In this document: positions 39,129 through 53,733 of the stretch, in pieces
How the letters are laid out: each line of letters begins with the position of its first letter
How positions within the stretch are numbered: the stretch's first letter is position 1
DNA from: Parasitella parasitica NRRL 2501
Taxonomy: Eukaryota; Fungi; Mucoromycota
Reading direction: 5' to 3'
NCBI GenBank assembly: GCA_025201805.1
Contig: MU619273.1
Span: 124,001 to 188,000, forward strand
Length of the DNA: 64,000 nucleotides
The notes under the pieces: model-generated
Database searches by the model: none
What the model saw: the letters and a program-made list of their open reading frames with translations, nothing else
What the model was told of the DNA's origin: nothing
Translations under genes and position numbers: made by a program

Positions 39129-42121
39129 ATGACGGACACTTGGGATAGAACTCTCTTTGACAAGGATCTCAAAGCGATATTGGAAACCAAGCTTCCCGTA
39201 TCAGCTTCCAAAATCACTTCGTTGCAAGCTTTGGCAACTGCTCACCCTCAAGTAAGCAATTTTACCCGCTGTGCTTGCAAGGGTATTTTTCTGTACTAAT
39301 TCTTCAATCATTTCAGCATCACAACTACATCACGCAATGCATTGCACGCTTTATCGAAAATGCTCCTCCAGACTATCGCTTGGCAGGTTTGTATGTTATC
39401 GATGCCATTTCACGTGCTTGTCATAAGCTGCAGAAGAAAAGAGAGGAAACAGGCGAAGAGCCCTCTGAATTGGATGGATATCTCAAACGATTTGCGGTTG
39501 TTTTGAAGGACAGATCTCTGAATGGATGCTTTGAGCCTTGCTCAGCAAAGGATAAGGTGAGATTTTGCTCTTTTTTTTTTCTTCATACATGCTTTAGTTT
39601 AGCGGGTGTATATTGCTACATTTTATCAATTATGGAGCGGCTATTTGTCTGTGATTGATCTTCCTGGTTTTTTTTTTTTTTTTTTTTTTTTCATGTATCT
39701 TGTACGGGATATTTCCTTTTTACGTTCTTTTTTATTCAAGAGAATGAGAATCGGAACGAAGATGACAGAGAAGAACAAGGGAGAGTCTTACAAACTACGG
39801 AAAAAAAAAGAGGGAGGGATAATAGAAGCTGTCGGCTCCTGGAAGAACTCGTTTAAACTAGTTGGTTCGAACTACTAATTGGGATTCGCTTGTACAACTT
39901 GGCCATGTTTAATTTGAAATTACTTGAATAAATTGTCCCGCCTATTGGAAGCAACTAAAACTTTATGATGCTGATAATGTCTCCATGTCCTGTCTCCCGC
40001 TCTCTTCTATTATCTTGAATTTTCGGTATTTTTTTTTCCATCCGTCTGTCTGCTCCCATGTTCTCTCTTTGCTGTCATCTGGTCTCGCTTTTTTGGTGTG
40101 ATTTGGACACTTGCAACGCATTTGGTATCTTTTTTTACGAATTAAAATGGGTGCATACTTACAAACACACGCTCACGCATACACACATTTGGTTTAAAAT
40201 ATTGGCATTGATTTTGATGGATTGAATCTTAATATTTCTTTCACGCAATAAAATAGGATAAAGTCAAAAAGACACTCGATTTCTGGGAGCAGGGAAATGT
40301 TTATTCAAAAGATTTGGTTCAACATGTAAAGCGTTCGTTTTTGACAAGTGGAGACGGCAATGATTCAGCAATTGAACAAGAAAAAGGTTATTATTATTTT
40401 ACTTTATATAAAGAGAGAAAGAAAATACTTGATCGATTTGGTTTATATATATATAAATATATATATATATATTTCATACTTGAGAATGTTGAATGCAGCA
40501 AGTGAACTGATTTGCTTTTTTTCTATAGTCGCTCCACCAGTTGATACAGCATCACTATTGGCTACACTTAGCAACATTGGAAATGGTACATTGGCAAACC
40601 TCAATATTCCTGGCATGGCTCCCACTCCTCCTCCTGTTACTGCTTCTGCAGCCGCCGCTCCCGCTCCCGCTAATATCTCTGGCCTACCTTTACAAGATAC
40701 CAATTCAATGCTACCGCCTGCACTCGCCAAGTTACTCGGTAGTTTAGTTTCTTCTCCCACACCTCCCTCAAAAACCTCTCCTCCATCACCAACTTCTTCT
40801 GATCCTCGTATGCGCAATGACCCTCGAATGCGAAATGATCCTAGAATGGCTACTGTAGAGGCACCTGTCAAAAATTCTGCAAACTGGCCTCCACCTCAGG
40901 GCCCTTCAATCCCAGCAACTCGCTCGACAGAGAGAAAGTCAAGATGGGGAAATCCTAACCAAGATAATACCAATAAATACGCTGCCACCAACCCACCTCC
41001 CCAACAAAATCAGCCGCATCAGTTTCCTACGCAAGATCTTTGGCAGCAGCGTCAACCGATGCAAGACAATCGCATGAACATGAACATGAACATGAACATG
41101 AACATGAACATGAACACGAACAATTATCAAAGACAGCCACCCTTCCAAGTACCTCCACAACATGCACAGCAACCTTACAGGCCATCTTACCAGCCGCAAA
41201 ATCAACCTTTTACGCAAGCATTCAACCAACCCCTTCCTCCTCCCCAGCATTTTCAACAATCCAACCAATTTTATAATAGCCAAACGCAGCAGCACCGTCA
41301 ACAACACCAGGAAGGGGCTGATCCTGTGAGCGACCCGTCTCTACCTCCTGGCACTATCAAAGGTAAGTATTTTTGTACATGGCACAATAAATATATATAT
41401 ATATATACACGCCCATCTAACTGCACTCAATCTAGTTCTCACAAGAACGTTGTTTGTCGGTCCTATCCCTGACCACTATGACAAGAATGACGTTGCTCAA
41501 TTATTCAGTAAATACGGTGAATTAGCAAGTGTTATTGTAGCCAAAAAGCTCAAAGGTCGCCATAATGCCTTTCTTAAGTTTACAACCAGAGCTTCTACAG
41601 AAGCTGCCAAATATGAATCTGAGGGACTAATTGTCGAAGATGTGCCAGTGAAAGTCAACTGGGCGTTCGGTTTCGGACCAAAAAAACATTTCAACTATGA
41701 CCGTGGTGATTCCATCATTCCTCTGGCTGAACTGAGTTCAGTCGAGAAAGACTATTTGGCGAATGCTCCTGTTGGTGGGTTCCATGGTCATCCTGTGCGA
41801 GAGTTGATGGTCATCGAAGAGCCCGAAGCTCAATACCGTCCTGAATGGAAAAACTCAAACGCAGGTGGTGGCGGAGATGAGCCACGAGGTTTCAAGCGTC
41901 AGCAAGGCAGTGGTGCAAATTTTGAGGAAATCAACACTGTTAGAAAAAGAGGGAGGTTTGCAGCCAACAACAATGATGATGGGTATAACGACCCAAACCT
42001 CCCGAATTTCTATGGCTCTTCTCCGATTAGAAATAGTGGACGTGGCCATGGTTTTGGCTATCAACAACATCAGCAACAACACGATGGCTCATCAAGCATC
42101 ACATACTCTGATCATCAATGA
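39129..42121 (+). CDS. NRD1: Nrd1/Seb1 (SCAF4/8-like) RNA polymerase II CTD-interacting RNA-binding protein (CID plus RRM), 5 exons
   Basis: CID FDKDLKAILETKLPVSASKI...YRLAGLYVIDAISR...KVKKTLDFWEQ. RRM PPGTIKVLTRTLFVG...HNAFLKFTTRA...VNWAFGFGPKKHFNYDRGDSIIPL, typical of Nrd1/Seb1. Confidence 0.9.
41074..41115 (+). repeat. (ATGAAC)7 coding repeat encoding (MN)7
   Basis: Directly visible in the NRD1 low-complexity region. Confidence 0.95.
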
Positions 42122-44036
42122 TTTGGATTTTATTTTTTAATCCATCATTAGCGTCATGGCTGCTGCTGTTACGAATGTTGTTTGTAGATAATAAAAAGTG
42201 ATCTTTTCTTCTTTTCTTTTCTTTTTTTTTTTCTTTCCCTCCTTCAATTGTCGACATTAAAATGACTCGACGCCAGGGAGCAGCTTGGCTGCAATCCTCA
42301 GTTCAGCGCATAATATGAAAATAGGGTGCTGTATTTTAGAATAGCCACAATTTTTATTTTTTTGATACATGGATGACCATTTGTGTATTTATTTACTACT
42401 AATCACAAAACCAATTGCCTTTCCAGCCTTGTATCGAGTTTATATTTGTCCATGATTTTTTTGTTCTGAAATCCTTGATAATCTTTGGCACCTTCAAGCA
42501 TCTTTCATTCATTTTCTTTACCACTTTAGCTCCATATATAGTATCTGAGCAGCAGATCTGGATGATCAGCTATTTCATTTTAAACCAAAAAGACAAGCTT
42601 TTGATGTGTTCCGTTTCTTTTCAATTAAATTTGCCTGGTTCAACCCCTCTTATTGAATATTTTGTTCGGTCAACTGCTTTTCATGCGTGTTTCTTCTTAG
42701 CTGCTCGCATTGGAGACTTTGTGTTCTGTATAGATGGAGGTTAAAGTACTATGCATCCATCCCTCTCTTCCCGTTATCCATCGTGTATTGCGTTGTTTAA
42801 TTAAAGATTGATGAATAAAATCATTATTTCAACATCGTCAGTTGTAGAGATCACCAAAAAAAAAAAAAAATCTTGTTTAACCAATTCCTCATGTCTCTTT
42901 CCCGATAGATTCTTTAGTATGTCATCCTTTGCTCTCATTATTAACTTGATTCCTTTCTTTCTTCTCGAGATTTAGGTTTGTATTTGTCGTGCAGCATATC
43001 TGTTGTGTTGGCTGCCCTCTGATGTCTGGAGGGTATATGGTAGTTGTGAAACAGTAATGTGACAAACCCTAGGGTAGTACCCTGGAGCCTTGTTTGCGCA
43101 TAGCTTCGTTTGTGATTCAACTGACGCATGTAACTATTGTATCAATGAACTTTATATTCACATATTATCAGTCGCTTCCCTGAAATCATTCTCGTCCATT
43201 TTGTCGTGTTGTTCTCGTTGTCTTATCTTTCCGCATAACGACATTTATTAGCTCTAAATATAAGTTTACTTCCTTGGACCTTTGATAAAACCACGACATT
43301 AAACAAAGATCTTTTTTATTCTCATCTCACTTTTACTGAATTGTAATCTACATAAATAGCTTGCTTACATCCACAGTTCTAACATCGATATGCAAAGATT
43401 CTAAAGTTCAAAAAGATGATCACATTCGACTAGGTTTCCTTAATCGAAACACAAGACATTGGTTATAACAGGAAGATTGCAGCATAACATCTGTCAGGCA
43501 CATGAACAATCATGGCCGGCGATGAATGGACTTCAAATATGCAAGCTTCAAGATCAACTAGTCAAGGATTTCCATAATAGGCCCGTTTAACATGCAAACA
43601 GAATTATCACAGGTTTAAAGAGACCATCCCAATCCTCAGCAGTCGATTTTTTAATTCAGATAGCTATAAAAACCGTTAAAGATTCAATATATGACATTTC
43701 ACCCCTTAAAAACGGCGAAAATTAGAAATTATATATACATCGTTTGCCTGCTATGCACAAAAATGAATACCCGTTGATGGGTAAAATAGCCTTTTCAGCG
43801 TAGCGTAACTTGATATTAATTGAATGGCGATAGATATCATTGGGTAGGTTTTTGAATTGAAAGGGGGGTTGGGTTGGGTGGTGGTGATGAAAGGGTTCAC
43901 TTGACCATTTATTCATGGTGTAAAACCAGGATCGACATTAGATTTTCCGTGTTCCGCTTCAACAAGGTATAAAACAGCGGCAATGCTTATTTCCTCTCTT
44001 GTTTCTTCTTTAATATAGTTTTCTTCCATACATATT

Positions 44037-44342
44037 ATGGGTTTTGTCGAGAAAATCAAAAGCACTTACGACTATTATAAGCTGGATAAATACACAAAAA
44101 GACGAGTATCACAGTCTCAATTCGAATCGCATGATCGCCGTTATTATGAAAACATTTACAGAGACGGTGCTTACTTGAGCCCTGAAGAATCAAACTCAAA
44201 TAATTCATCCTCTTCCCATGGAAGCTGCAAGCAAAAACGATGGAGCCTACACGACTTGGTGAAAAAAGCAAATAGGAAATCGCCTGCTGTTACCGCAAGT
44301 CAGACGAAAACCTCAGAGACGTACACACTGGGCCGAGTTTGA
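44037..44342 (+). CDS. Small hypothetical protein (101 aa), intronless
   Basis: Clean ATG ORF with non-random composition (KYTKRRVSQSQFESHDRRYYENIYRDG). TATAAAA lies about 70 bp upstream, followed by a pyrimidine-rich leader. Confidence 0.65.
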   Translation: MGFVEKIKSTYDYYKLDKYTKRRVSQSQFESHDRRYYENIYRDGAYLSPEESNSNNSSSSHGSCKQKRWSLHDLVKKANRKSPAVTASQTKTSETYTLGRV

Positions 44343-44519
44343 GTTTACTCAATTTCTCCCCTGCTCTATCAAATGTGCTATATACCGTATATATATCTTT
44401 TAATATAAGAATCTTTATTTTTCTTAAAAAAAAAATTGCATGAAAATAATATATTTTTTCAATAAAGCATTCATTAGAAAGGCATACTATTTGTGTCAAT
44501 TTGCAGTCGGGTGAATTGT

Positions 44520-44971
44520 TCATAGGGTTGTGATGGTGTTTTCCATAGCATGAAGTCTGCGTCTCATTTGGTCTGTGCCAAAGTTCTCAACCTATTTTGT
44601 ACAACACAAAAAAAAAAAAAAATTAGCATAAATTCATCGGTTCCTCCTGGTGATAATTGTATACTTGCATTACGTATGATACCAGGATTAAGATCCCAGA
44701 AAAGATCTTCTTGTTGTCTTTGTTCAGGCCGCCATAATGGATCATCATTTGGATTATACAATCTGCCAGGTGGTGTATTATTCATCTGAAGAAAATTGGT
44801 TTGCTCTCGTTTTTTTTGTTCTTTGATACGTTGAGGAACGTTTCCATTCGTTAATCGACGAGCAAGGCCCGGATAAAGATCATATTGTGTGTGTGTCGTA
44901 TAATGCGCATAATATACTCTGGGGGTTGTTTCCAGTTGTACGGTTTTCTGAGAGGATGTGTTAGCAGACAT
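44520..44971 (-). CDS. Small hypothetical protein, probably 2 exons
   Basis: MSANTSSQ...LFWDLNPGIIRN, then an intron-like segment (gctaat branch, poly-T, aatag) and an open exon VENFGTDQMRRRLHAMENTITTL*. This model needs a GC donor. Confidence 0.45.
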
Positions 44972-47138
44972 TCCGGTGTTGAACCAAGAATAAGTAAAGG
45001 TGAAGTTGAAAAAAGAAAAAAAAAAGACAAAGAAGAATGTATTTATAGACAAAAAAAAAAACTGAATACATGTGGTAATATCGTATGCTTATTGTCTTTG
45101 ACGTTCCTTTTTCAAATATGGGGGTTAGCAGGTGATATTACAATTTATGTAGTCCACTGCCGATGCTATATTATTTGAATTTCATACAGATCTGTGTATG
45201 CATGGCACGTCTTTTCTACATGTTTGTATACAGAATACTCAACCCGCCATCACCTATTTACTATTTACACTTCTTAACCACCAAACGTACCTCTTAGAGG
45301 AACCCAGCGCTTTAACACGAGATATATAAGAATAAGCAAAAAAAGAGGAGTATTGTCACCCTGTTCTAGGAAAAGCATCATCATGCGGACAATCATGTGC
45401 CTTAAACTGAAAAATAGCCTAAAAGGTCTTTTTGAAAATATGTTTAATATTTATGTGATCTCCAAATCAATGAGCATATAACTAAAAATGTTTTTACGTT
45501 TACTCATATATTACAGCAACCAAACTTCATGTGCTTTTTGTTGTTGTACATGTATATATACAATAGTGAATGTACAACGAAATCAAATAGTGTACTGAAT
45601 ATACCAAGAAGATTATTATTGAAATATATAACATTTAAGAAGCACTAACTATTCCCGTGTTCTGCAGAAGATAGTTGATGGCACGTGCGTTATGAAGCAT
45701 TTACCATTGAAACCTTAAAAGTACTTTATATATATTTCATGTGACAAAAACGCATCAAAGTTAATCATACAAATGCTCAATTAGACCGTGCGTACAAAAT
45801 AATGGAATAGAAGTCTAAGTTTATTATCCCTACATATAGTACATATAAAATATAAACAGGTAATGAAATACCTATGCCGTACATGTCATAAGATATGCAT
45901 TCACCTAAAAATTAGACCATCTGCGATAAATTCAATAAGGACACGTTACTATTTTAAAGCGAAATATGTACAAATTGCACAATTGCAACTTATATGATAC
46001 AATGATAATTAGGGATGTAATAAGCTTTGTATTGCGATAGGGTACAGTTATCTAAAACAATCTATTGTGTTAATGGAGTTTTTTAATTGCTAGCATTAAC
46101 ATGATCTGAACCATTACTTACTATATAATACATGGAGATATTACTGGTTACGCAGTGATGGAGAGCAATGTATGTTATGTGAGCTATTCTATGGTAATAA
46201 ACTTCTTATTATACAGTAAATCATAAAAAAAAAAAATACGGTTAATTATGATATTTTGACAAGATGAAAATAGATATAGCCAGATAGATGTTTCCACTAA
46301 GGCCCCACTAAGGGCCCAATATCTACCACGATACGTGCTTTTTTATATCAAGTTGAATGTTTCACGTTTAAATAAGTCTTGATGGTCAGAAACATTTTTG
46401 TGCTCTCGACTTTCTAAATTGTATTTCTTTTTCCTACATACATTGAATAAAACTGGAGAATTTGCTATTATTTGAGAGGCCAGCAAGTATCGTAGGTGAT
46501 CTGCCATAATTATAGACAGGAGATCATGCACATATAAACAGGATAATCGTCTAGATCATCAAATGATGACTCTTTGGTAAATTTACCTGTCCTTCTTCCT
46601 TTCGTATAGTCGTCGTTATTTGATTTAATAGGTTTTGACATTGACTGTGTAAGATTGATTTGCAAAACATTGATTTTTATCTCCGTTAGAGCAATTATTA
46701 TAATCACATCATCGTTTGTTATTGTTTTATGGGCATCTTTATCCAGAACTATTGAATGATGGTAAACTTTTTAGCTGATGAAATTACTGCCGAACTTGAT
46801 ATCTTTTTTATCATTATTTTCTACTACTTCAAAATAACGTATGTATAGAACTTCGTAGCGCAATGCAAGAGACTGTGAAGTCTCCATAATGGGGAATATC
46901 AAAAGAAATTTATCAATAAGGAGTCCTAACAAGAGCCAAGACAGCAACGAAAGTTCGTCGTTCATATAATAAGCTTCACAATAAGACTTGAGAGAGTGTA
47001 TCGTACGAAAAAAATGCCATAGAAAATGGGTAGTATATGCTAAACTTACGCCAATTGAAACATTACATTACATTATTTAAAATCCAAATACAGGATATGC
47101 ACGATCACTTTTTTTTTTCCCCTCTCTTTATTTTAAAT

Positions 47139-50100
47139 ATGAGCAGTAGTAAACGACGCCAAAGTTCATCCTATAGCGAAGACTTGTCAAGATATGAATT
47201 TGTTGATTATACGTCCGTGTCTCATTTCGAGAAATTTGTTACACATATCGAAGAGACGCTGTATTCTTGGGGTATCAAGGATGGTTCTTATGGTATATTT
47301 TCACAACAACAAGTAGCAAATGTTAAAGCGGCCATAGCACAACCTTCACCTGTAGAATTTACCAGAAGAGAGGAATTATCAATGAGCGACGATGTATATC
47401 AACTCACCTATTATTGCCATCCTACTATCACTACTTCTACGACGGATACTGAAGAGGGAGCCGTCGAGCACTTTCACCAGTTCAATACAGTGCAATATCA
47501 TCCTCTACATCGATGGACTGGCCAAGAGCGTTTGTTGGTTTTGAAGCCAATGCAAGATTCTCTTAAAAAGAAAATATTCAACACTAATAAATCATCCATT
47601 GATATCTCACAAACTAAGCAATTGATATCAGCATGCGCCATTGCGTTTCAAAACACTGGTTGCAGGGTGCCTGTGTTTGTGCCTGTTGGACAGAACCGCC
47701 ATGAAATGTATATGGGATACGGCGTCACTACTCAGCAACCAGACAGCCCTTTCAACGAGACTGAAGTGCGGTACAATATGACTCTCACAATCCCACCTGC
47801 AGCAGATCTGTCCTATTTGGAAGGCTTAAAGACACTTTTTTTACAAAAGCTTAGCATGCACCGAGAAGATTACGGTATGTGAGAGAGAAAGTAGATATTG
47901 AGTTGATTTAGCTCACTGTGGCAAACAGGGAAATCCGGAGAGGCACCAGATGCATCTGTCTACATATCAGCGGTTTATACCTACAACCTTAAAAATTGGT
48001 TTGACGAAAATTGGAAGGATTGGGAAGAGATTTCGGAAAAGGAAACCAAACGTAGAGGCAGTTTTAGTGACGATTTTGAAGCATGGGGCGATGAAGATGA
48101 TGGAGCGGATTTGATGGAGGCTGACGGTCAGGATACTGGCCTAAGATATAAACGAAAACTAGAGAAAATGAATCAACATCAGTTAACGTTTGGATCCTTC
48201 AATGACCCACTTCGCGCATTAACCTTAAGTGCATTGTTCCCTCTTATCCAAGAAAATGAATTTCATGAAGCTTATGATCGAAACATGGATGCATTGACAG
48301 CAAAGCAGTGGCAAATTTCGAGAGAATTCGCTCCGGTCAGCCAGCAAAGAGCCTATTTAGCTACGTTGGTAGAGCAGGTGGTTGAATCATGGATAAAGGA
48401 TCCTACAAACCGAGAGTACCTGGCTCCTTACGACGACGATAACGATGAACCTATAAATGATGGCGCTGGACTAATGCACCACTTGTTTACAGCTGGAAAT
48501 CGAAACAAATTTTCAGCACAAATGGGAGCGTCGACAGGTACAAGCACGACCAACAGCAGCACCAGCGGCCTTGCAGACTCGATTACTGTCACTAAATCAG
48601 ACGCAGTAGATAACGTATTGACAGCGCTGTTTCACCCGATGACTTGCAAAGAAGACACCACAAGGAAGAGCACTACGCCGTGTAAATTCGACAACACCAA
48701 AAAATTAGTTTTCAAATTAAAGTGTAACTCTACTGTGCCATACCGATCCTTTTTATGGAATTTGTTACTCTACAGTTTGGAAGAATCATCAAAAGGAAGG
48801 GAATCAGGCTCCAAAAAGAATATCACAAGCTTTTTAGGATTTCTTAAAATGGTTTGGATCGAAGTCTTGAAGCAGATCCGCTGGCATTGGGAGAATTCAG
48901 AGGCTATTCCTAGCTTAAGCCCCTATCTTTATGGCGATTCAAGTGCAGAGGTGCCTGAAAAGGATAGCAAAACACTAGGCATTGATCTTCGTTATAATAT
49001 TGTAAGTTGTCACCCGAATGTGTCAAACGCTTATGATCTGACAAGTTTGAGAATTAGCTGCACCAAAAGATAGCCATGGTGAATTGCTGTATTTTACGGC
49101 GAAAACAGAATGCTCCACAAAATGGCAATGTTGGAAATACTGCCATCAAACCAGTTCGGCAAGCTGGGAGTCTGTTTAATCAAATGGCTGAAAAGCAAGT
49201 ACCCAAATTGTCAAAGTTTCAAACATTGCTTGAGAGATTTGTTGAAGGAGGAGCTGATAACGACAACAGTGAAGCCATTGAGGTATGTTTGACAGAAGAG
49301 AGCAGACAATAGCTGAAAGATGACGGGAATAATAGGACTCTATCACATTTGCGCTCTCCGACCTCGACGATAATCAAGTTTCTGATGAGAGCGATTTATT
49401 TGTAGACGCTGTTGACGCTAGTTCTAGCGACAGTGGTGGCAGTCAAAACAATCTTACCCAATCACAACAAGAAGACGAAGAAGTGGAAGTGGTTGTACCT
49501 AGTATGCCATTTACAGTCGAAGAGTTGGAAGCCGATGAGGTGAATGCTGTCAAAGATCCAGAAGCTATCGAAGGGGAATCAACGGTGCATGATTCATTAA
49601 AGCTCTTAAAGACAGGACAGCCAATGCATATTCCTATTACACAAGATCCTGGATTTATGACAGAAGATATGATTACACAGCAAGCAGATCTGTTTGAAAA
49701 GTTAGGCACATCGATAAGCGCCACACAGCAAAGAGCCAAATTGCAGTCAGCACAACTCTATTCGGACATGCAAGCGTTCAAAGCTGCAAACCCACATGCC
49801 TGTTTAGAGGACTTTGTTCGATGGCACTCACCGCGTGATTGGGTAGCAGATAAGGATGGAGAAGGTGGTCGACTAAGCACTCGTATGTCAGAACCGAACA
49901 ACATTTGGCAAGAATTGTGGAAATGGTCGAAAAGAATACCCTGTGTTCGACAAAAACCGCTATTCAATCTGTGCGCTGAGGCTGAGAAAGCACTGCATTT
50001 TTTAGAAACAACATCAATCCATGACTTCTTCTCTCTCATGCTGCCCACACTTGGTTTAATTGCTTACGATACGCTTTCTGTCCATCCTATCGCACAGTAC

Positions 50101-50694
50101 AGTCAACATGTCTCAAATGGTTTAATACATCTATCAAGTGAATTGGTTGATTTCCCATGGGAGGAATTACGGTAAGTTGCTTAGCATTGTACGTGACAGT
50201 GGCTCACTTTTACTTTTGACAGCCAAGGAAAACAAACATTCGATGGGATCATTTCTGCCATACGCCACCAAGAATCGCTTATGTGTCATGCTATATCGTT
50301 ACTTCGAAAGGTGGGTTATAATTGTCAATTATTATATAGACATCTCATTCATGCTATTTTTTCAGTTACCTAGGCAGTACGATCTTGTGGATCAACTGCT
50401 GCTTAACGATCAAACAATAGTCAAAGAAGGAGATGAAAGATCAGCTGTATTCCAATTGTTTAGAAACGATCGTAAGTTTAAATATATCCTTTGCAAAGAT
50501 CTATAATTAAACACATTTTAATCACTTTAGGTGGCATTATATCAGAGCCAACATCTAGCGAATACATTTTATATAGCGATTGCAAGGATTTGACCAGCCC
50601 TGGCCGCATTTTACCATCAAGGCAGTATGCGATCGTTAAAGATAACGAAATCCGAATCATGTATACACAAACAACAGATGCATTATTTGCTTGA
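47139..50694 (+). CDS. RAB3GAP1: Rab3 GTPase-activating protein catalytic subunit, multi-exon
   Basis: EFVDYTSVSHFEKFVTHIEE..W, HPLHRWTG, IDLRYNILHQKIAMVNCCI, PMHIPITQDPGFMTED, and QSAQLYSDMQAFKAANPHACLEDFVRWHSPRDW...LSTRM...NIWQELW...QKPLF...EAEKALHFL. Confidence 0.93.
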
Positions 50695-50852
50695 AAGATA
50701 GTGCATCAGAAAAATCATATACAAACATGTCCAATGATATTACCAGAAAAAAATATTTTCCTTTATTTTTTTTTTCTATCTTTTACATCTATAATATATT
50801 CTTTCTTTCTCTCTTGCTTGCTAACGAAAAAGGCAGACAAACAAATAAATAC

Positions 50853-51314
50853 ATGTGGAAAAACAGAGAAAAGCACATTCTAGATATCTATAAAAATGAT
50901 CAATTAGTCGTTGAACGGAATCTAACAAGACAGCCAACACAACATCCGTCAAATGAAAAAAGCAAGATGTACCAGGGAAATGAATTTGATGTTTTCGGTA
51001 AAGACTCGAAAGAAGAGCAATTTGCACCATTATACTCGAAAGAGCAATTTACACCGAAAAACAAAGACAAGATGGACGGATCGAAACGAGAGACCTTGCT
51101 GAAAACAGAGCTGAAAACAGAGCTGAAACGAGGACAAGTGGAGGCTCTAATGCAGCACACAATCATTATCAAGAAAAGAAAAGTGTCACCTGTGACAACA
51201 CCCACTTCTAGCAACGTGTTTTTCAAATCAACTGCAGCTATCAACTCGCCCATTGCGAATATGTTTGTTGACCCAAAGCAAGATCACCAGGATAAAGATT
51301 TGGCCTACTATTAA
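50853..51314 (+). CDS. Hypothetical protein (153 aa) with short internal duplications
   Basis: ATG ORF with coding-like composition and repeats SKEEQFAP/SKEQFTP and LKTELKTELK. No recognisable domain. Confidence 0.45.
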   Translation: MWKNREKHILDIYKNDQLVVERNLTRQPTQHPSNEKSKMYQGNEFDVFGKDSKEEQFAPLYSKEQFTPKNKDKMDGSKRETLLKTELKTELKRGQVEALMQHTIIIKKRKVSPVTTPTSSNVFFKSTAAINSPIANMFVDPKQDHQDKDLAYY

Positions 51315-51426
51315 TAAATAATGTAAATAACTATACCATCCACAAATGTAAATACAAGAAAATGTCCCCTTTTAAGAAAACTAGAAATATGTGCAACGCC
51401 AATACATTTTATTGGCTGTGAGATAA

Positions 51427-52519
<1,093 letters not shown>

Positions 52520-52595
52520 GGAAAACAACAACTCAAAAAGCATTTATTTTCATTTTATTACATTATAAAGAATTACACACAACCACAGTAGATTT

Positions 52596-53733
52596 CTAAT
52601 TGATCTTTTTTGCGCTTGTTTGTATTGCTTTGCTATATTCATAGCCTGCAAAAAACAATGGCAATGTGAAGGAACTGGACATGAGAGGCGTTACGGCGAT
52701 GAGAATCCATACCCAGGAAGGGACATGCTGATAGTCTCTTTGGCTGACAGTGTACATCCATGCCACAGAAATTAATTGCATGCAAACAATGTCGTAACTG
52801 ACACTCGATTGGGCTGGATGACTGAAAAATGTGGTAATTGCAGTGTCATATATCTGGTACCATGTGTGCTGATTAAATGGTGCCAATGTTGCCAAACAGG
52901 TGAACCACTGATTGGCATAGATAGAGAGATTGGCACCTGCCGCCAACGCGTACAAGACAGCGGCATAAGTGGATGCACTCTTTGACGACAATGGTGTTGA
53001 TGATTCAGTGTAAACTAGAGGAAAAATGAGCAAAATATGCATAGCCAAAAGATTCCCCATGAATGCATCTGTGTCGGCAACAAATGGGCACAAAACCACA
53101 GTAAGAATACCTCCAACAGATGACAGTGTTAAAGTTTTCAGTAACCTGGAAGACGGCTGTCTGTTTGAAAAAGGCTCAAAGGTCAACAAGACGGCAAAGA
53201 AGAGAGAAGCCGCAAAAGAAATAGCCACAACTTGACCGAGAAGCATGTAAGTCCAAATATACGGAATACGTCGTCTTGTGCCTGTGTTTAGCCCAATCTG
53301 TTTGTTTTCAAATGCTCATGTTCAGAATTCACCATGGCTTACCTTCAATCGCTAAAATGGGAGTCCAAACTGACACGGTCAGAGTGCATATTTGGTGGCT
53401 CCACAACCATTGCCAAGCACCAACACAAACTTTTCTCCAGGCACTATCGAACAAAGATACGTCTTTGAGCCAATACGACATTGAATTCAGTGATAACGGC
53501 TGCTCGTATCTAGCAAGTTGCTTCCATTCTTGATAGCTATGTGCAAAGAACTTGAACATGTAGGTCCATGTAGAAAGTAATGATATCAAAGACAAGAGAG
53601 CAAACAAAATGACTCCCGGGTGATTGAAGTAATACACCATTTGAAGTTCGCGCTTCACTCTCCACACCAAAACAAAGATAAGTGCAAAATAAGACGCAAG
53701 AATTGCAACTGTAAATGGATGTTCTACGTTCAT
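52596..53733 (-). CDS. Uncharacterised multi-pass membrane protein, 2 exons
   Basis: Several hydrophobic helices. Motifs STWTYMFKFF.HSY, WL.D.SLFD.AW, W.WS, YMLLGQVVAISFA.SLF and HPAQSSVSYD. Confidence 0.8.

Noticed and set aside
43060-43090. AAACCCTAGGGTAGTACCCT as a telomerase RNA template or ncRNA hairpin
   Set aside because: Too short, with no supporting pseudoknot or other conserved element that I could identify.
46340-46970. Run of short minus-strand ORFs suggesting a decayed gene or TE
   Set aside because: No recognisable motif and many stops, so it cannot be assigned without a search.
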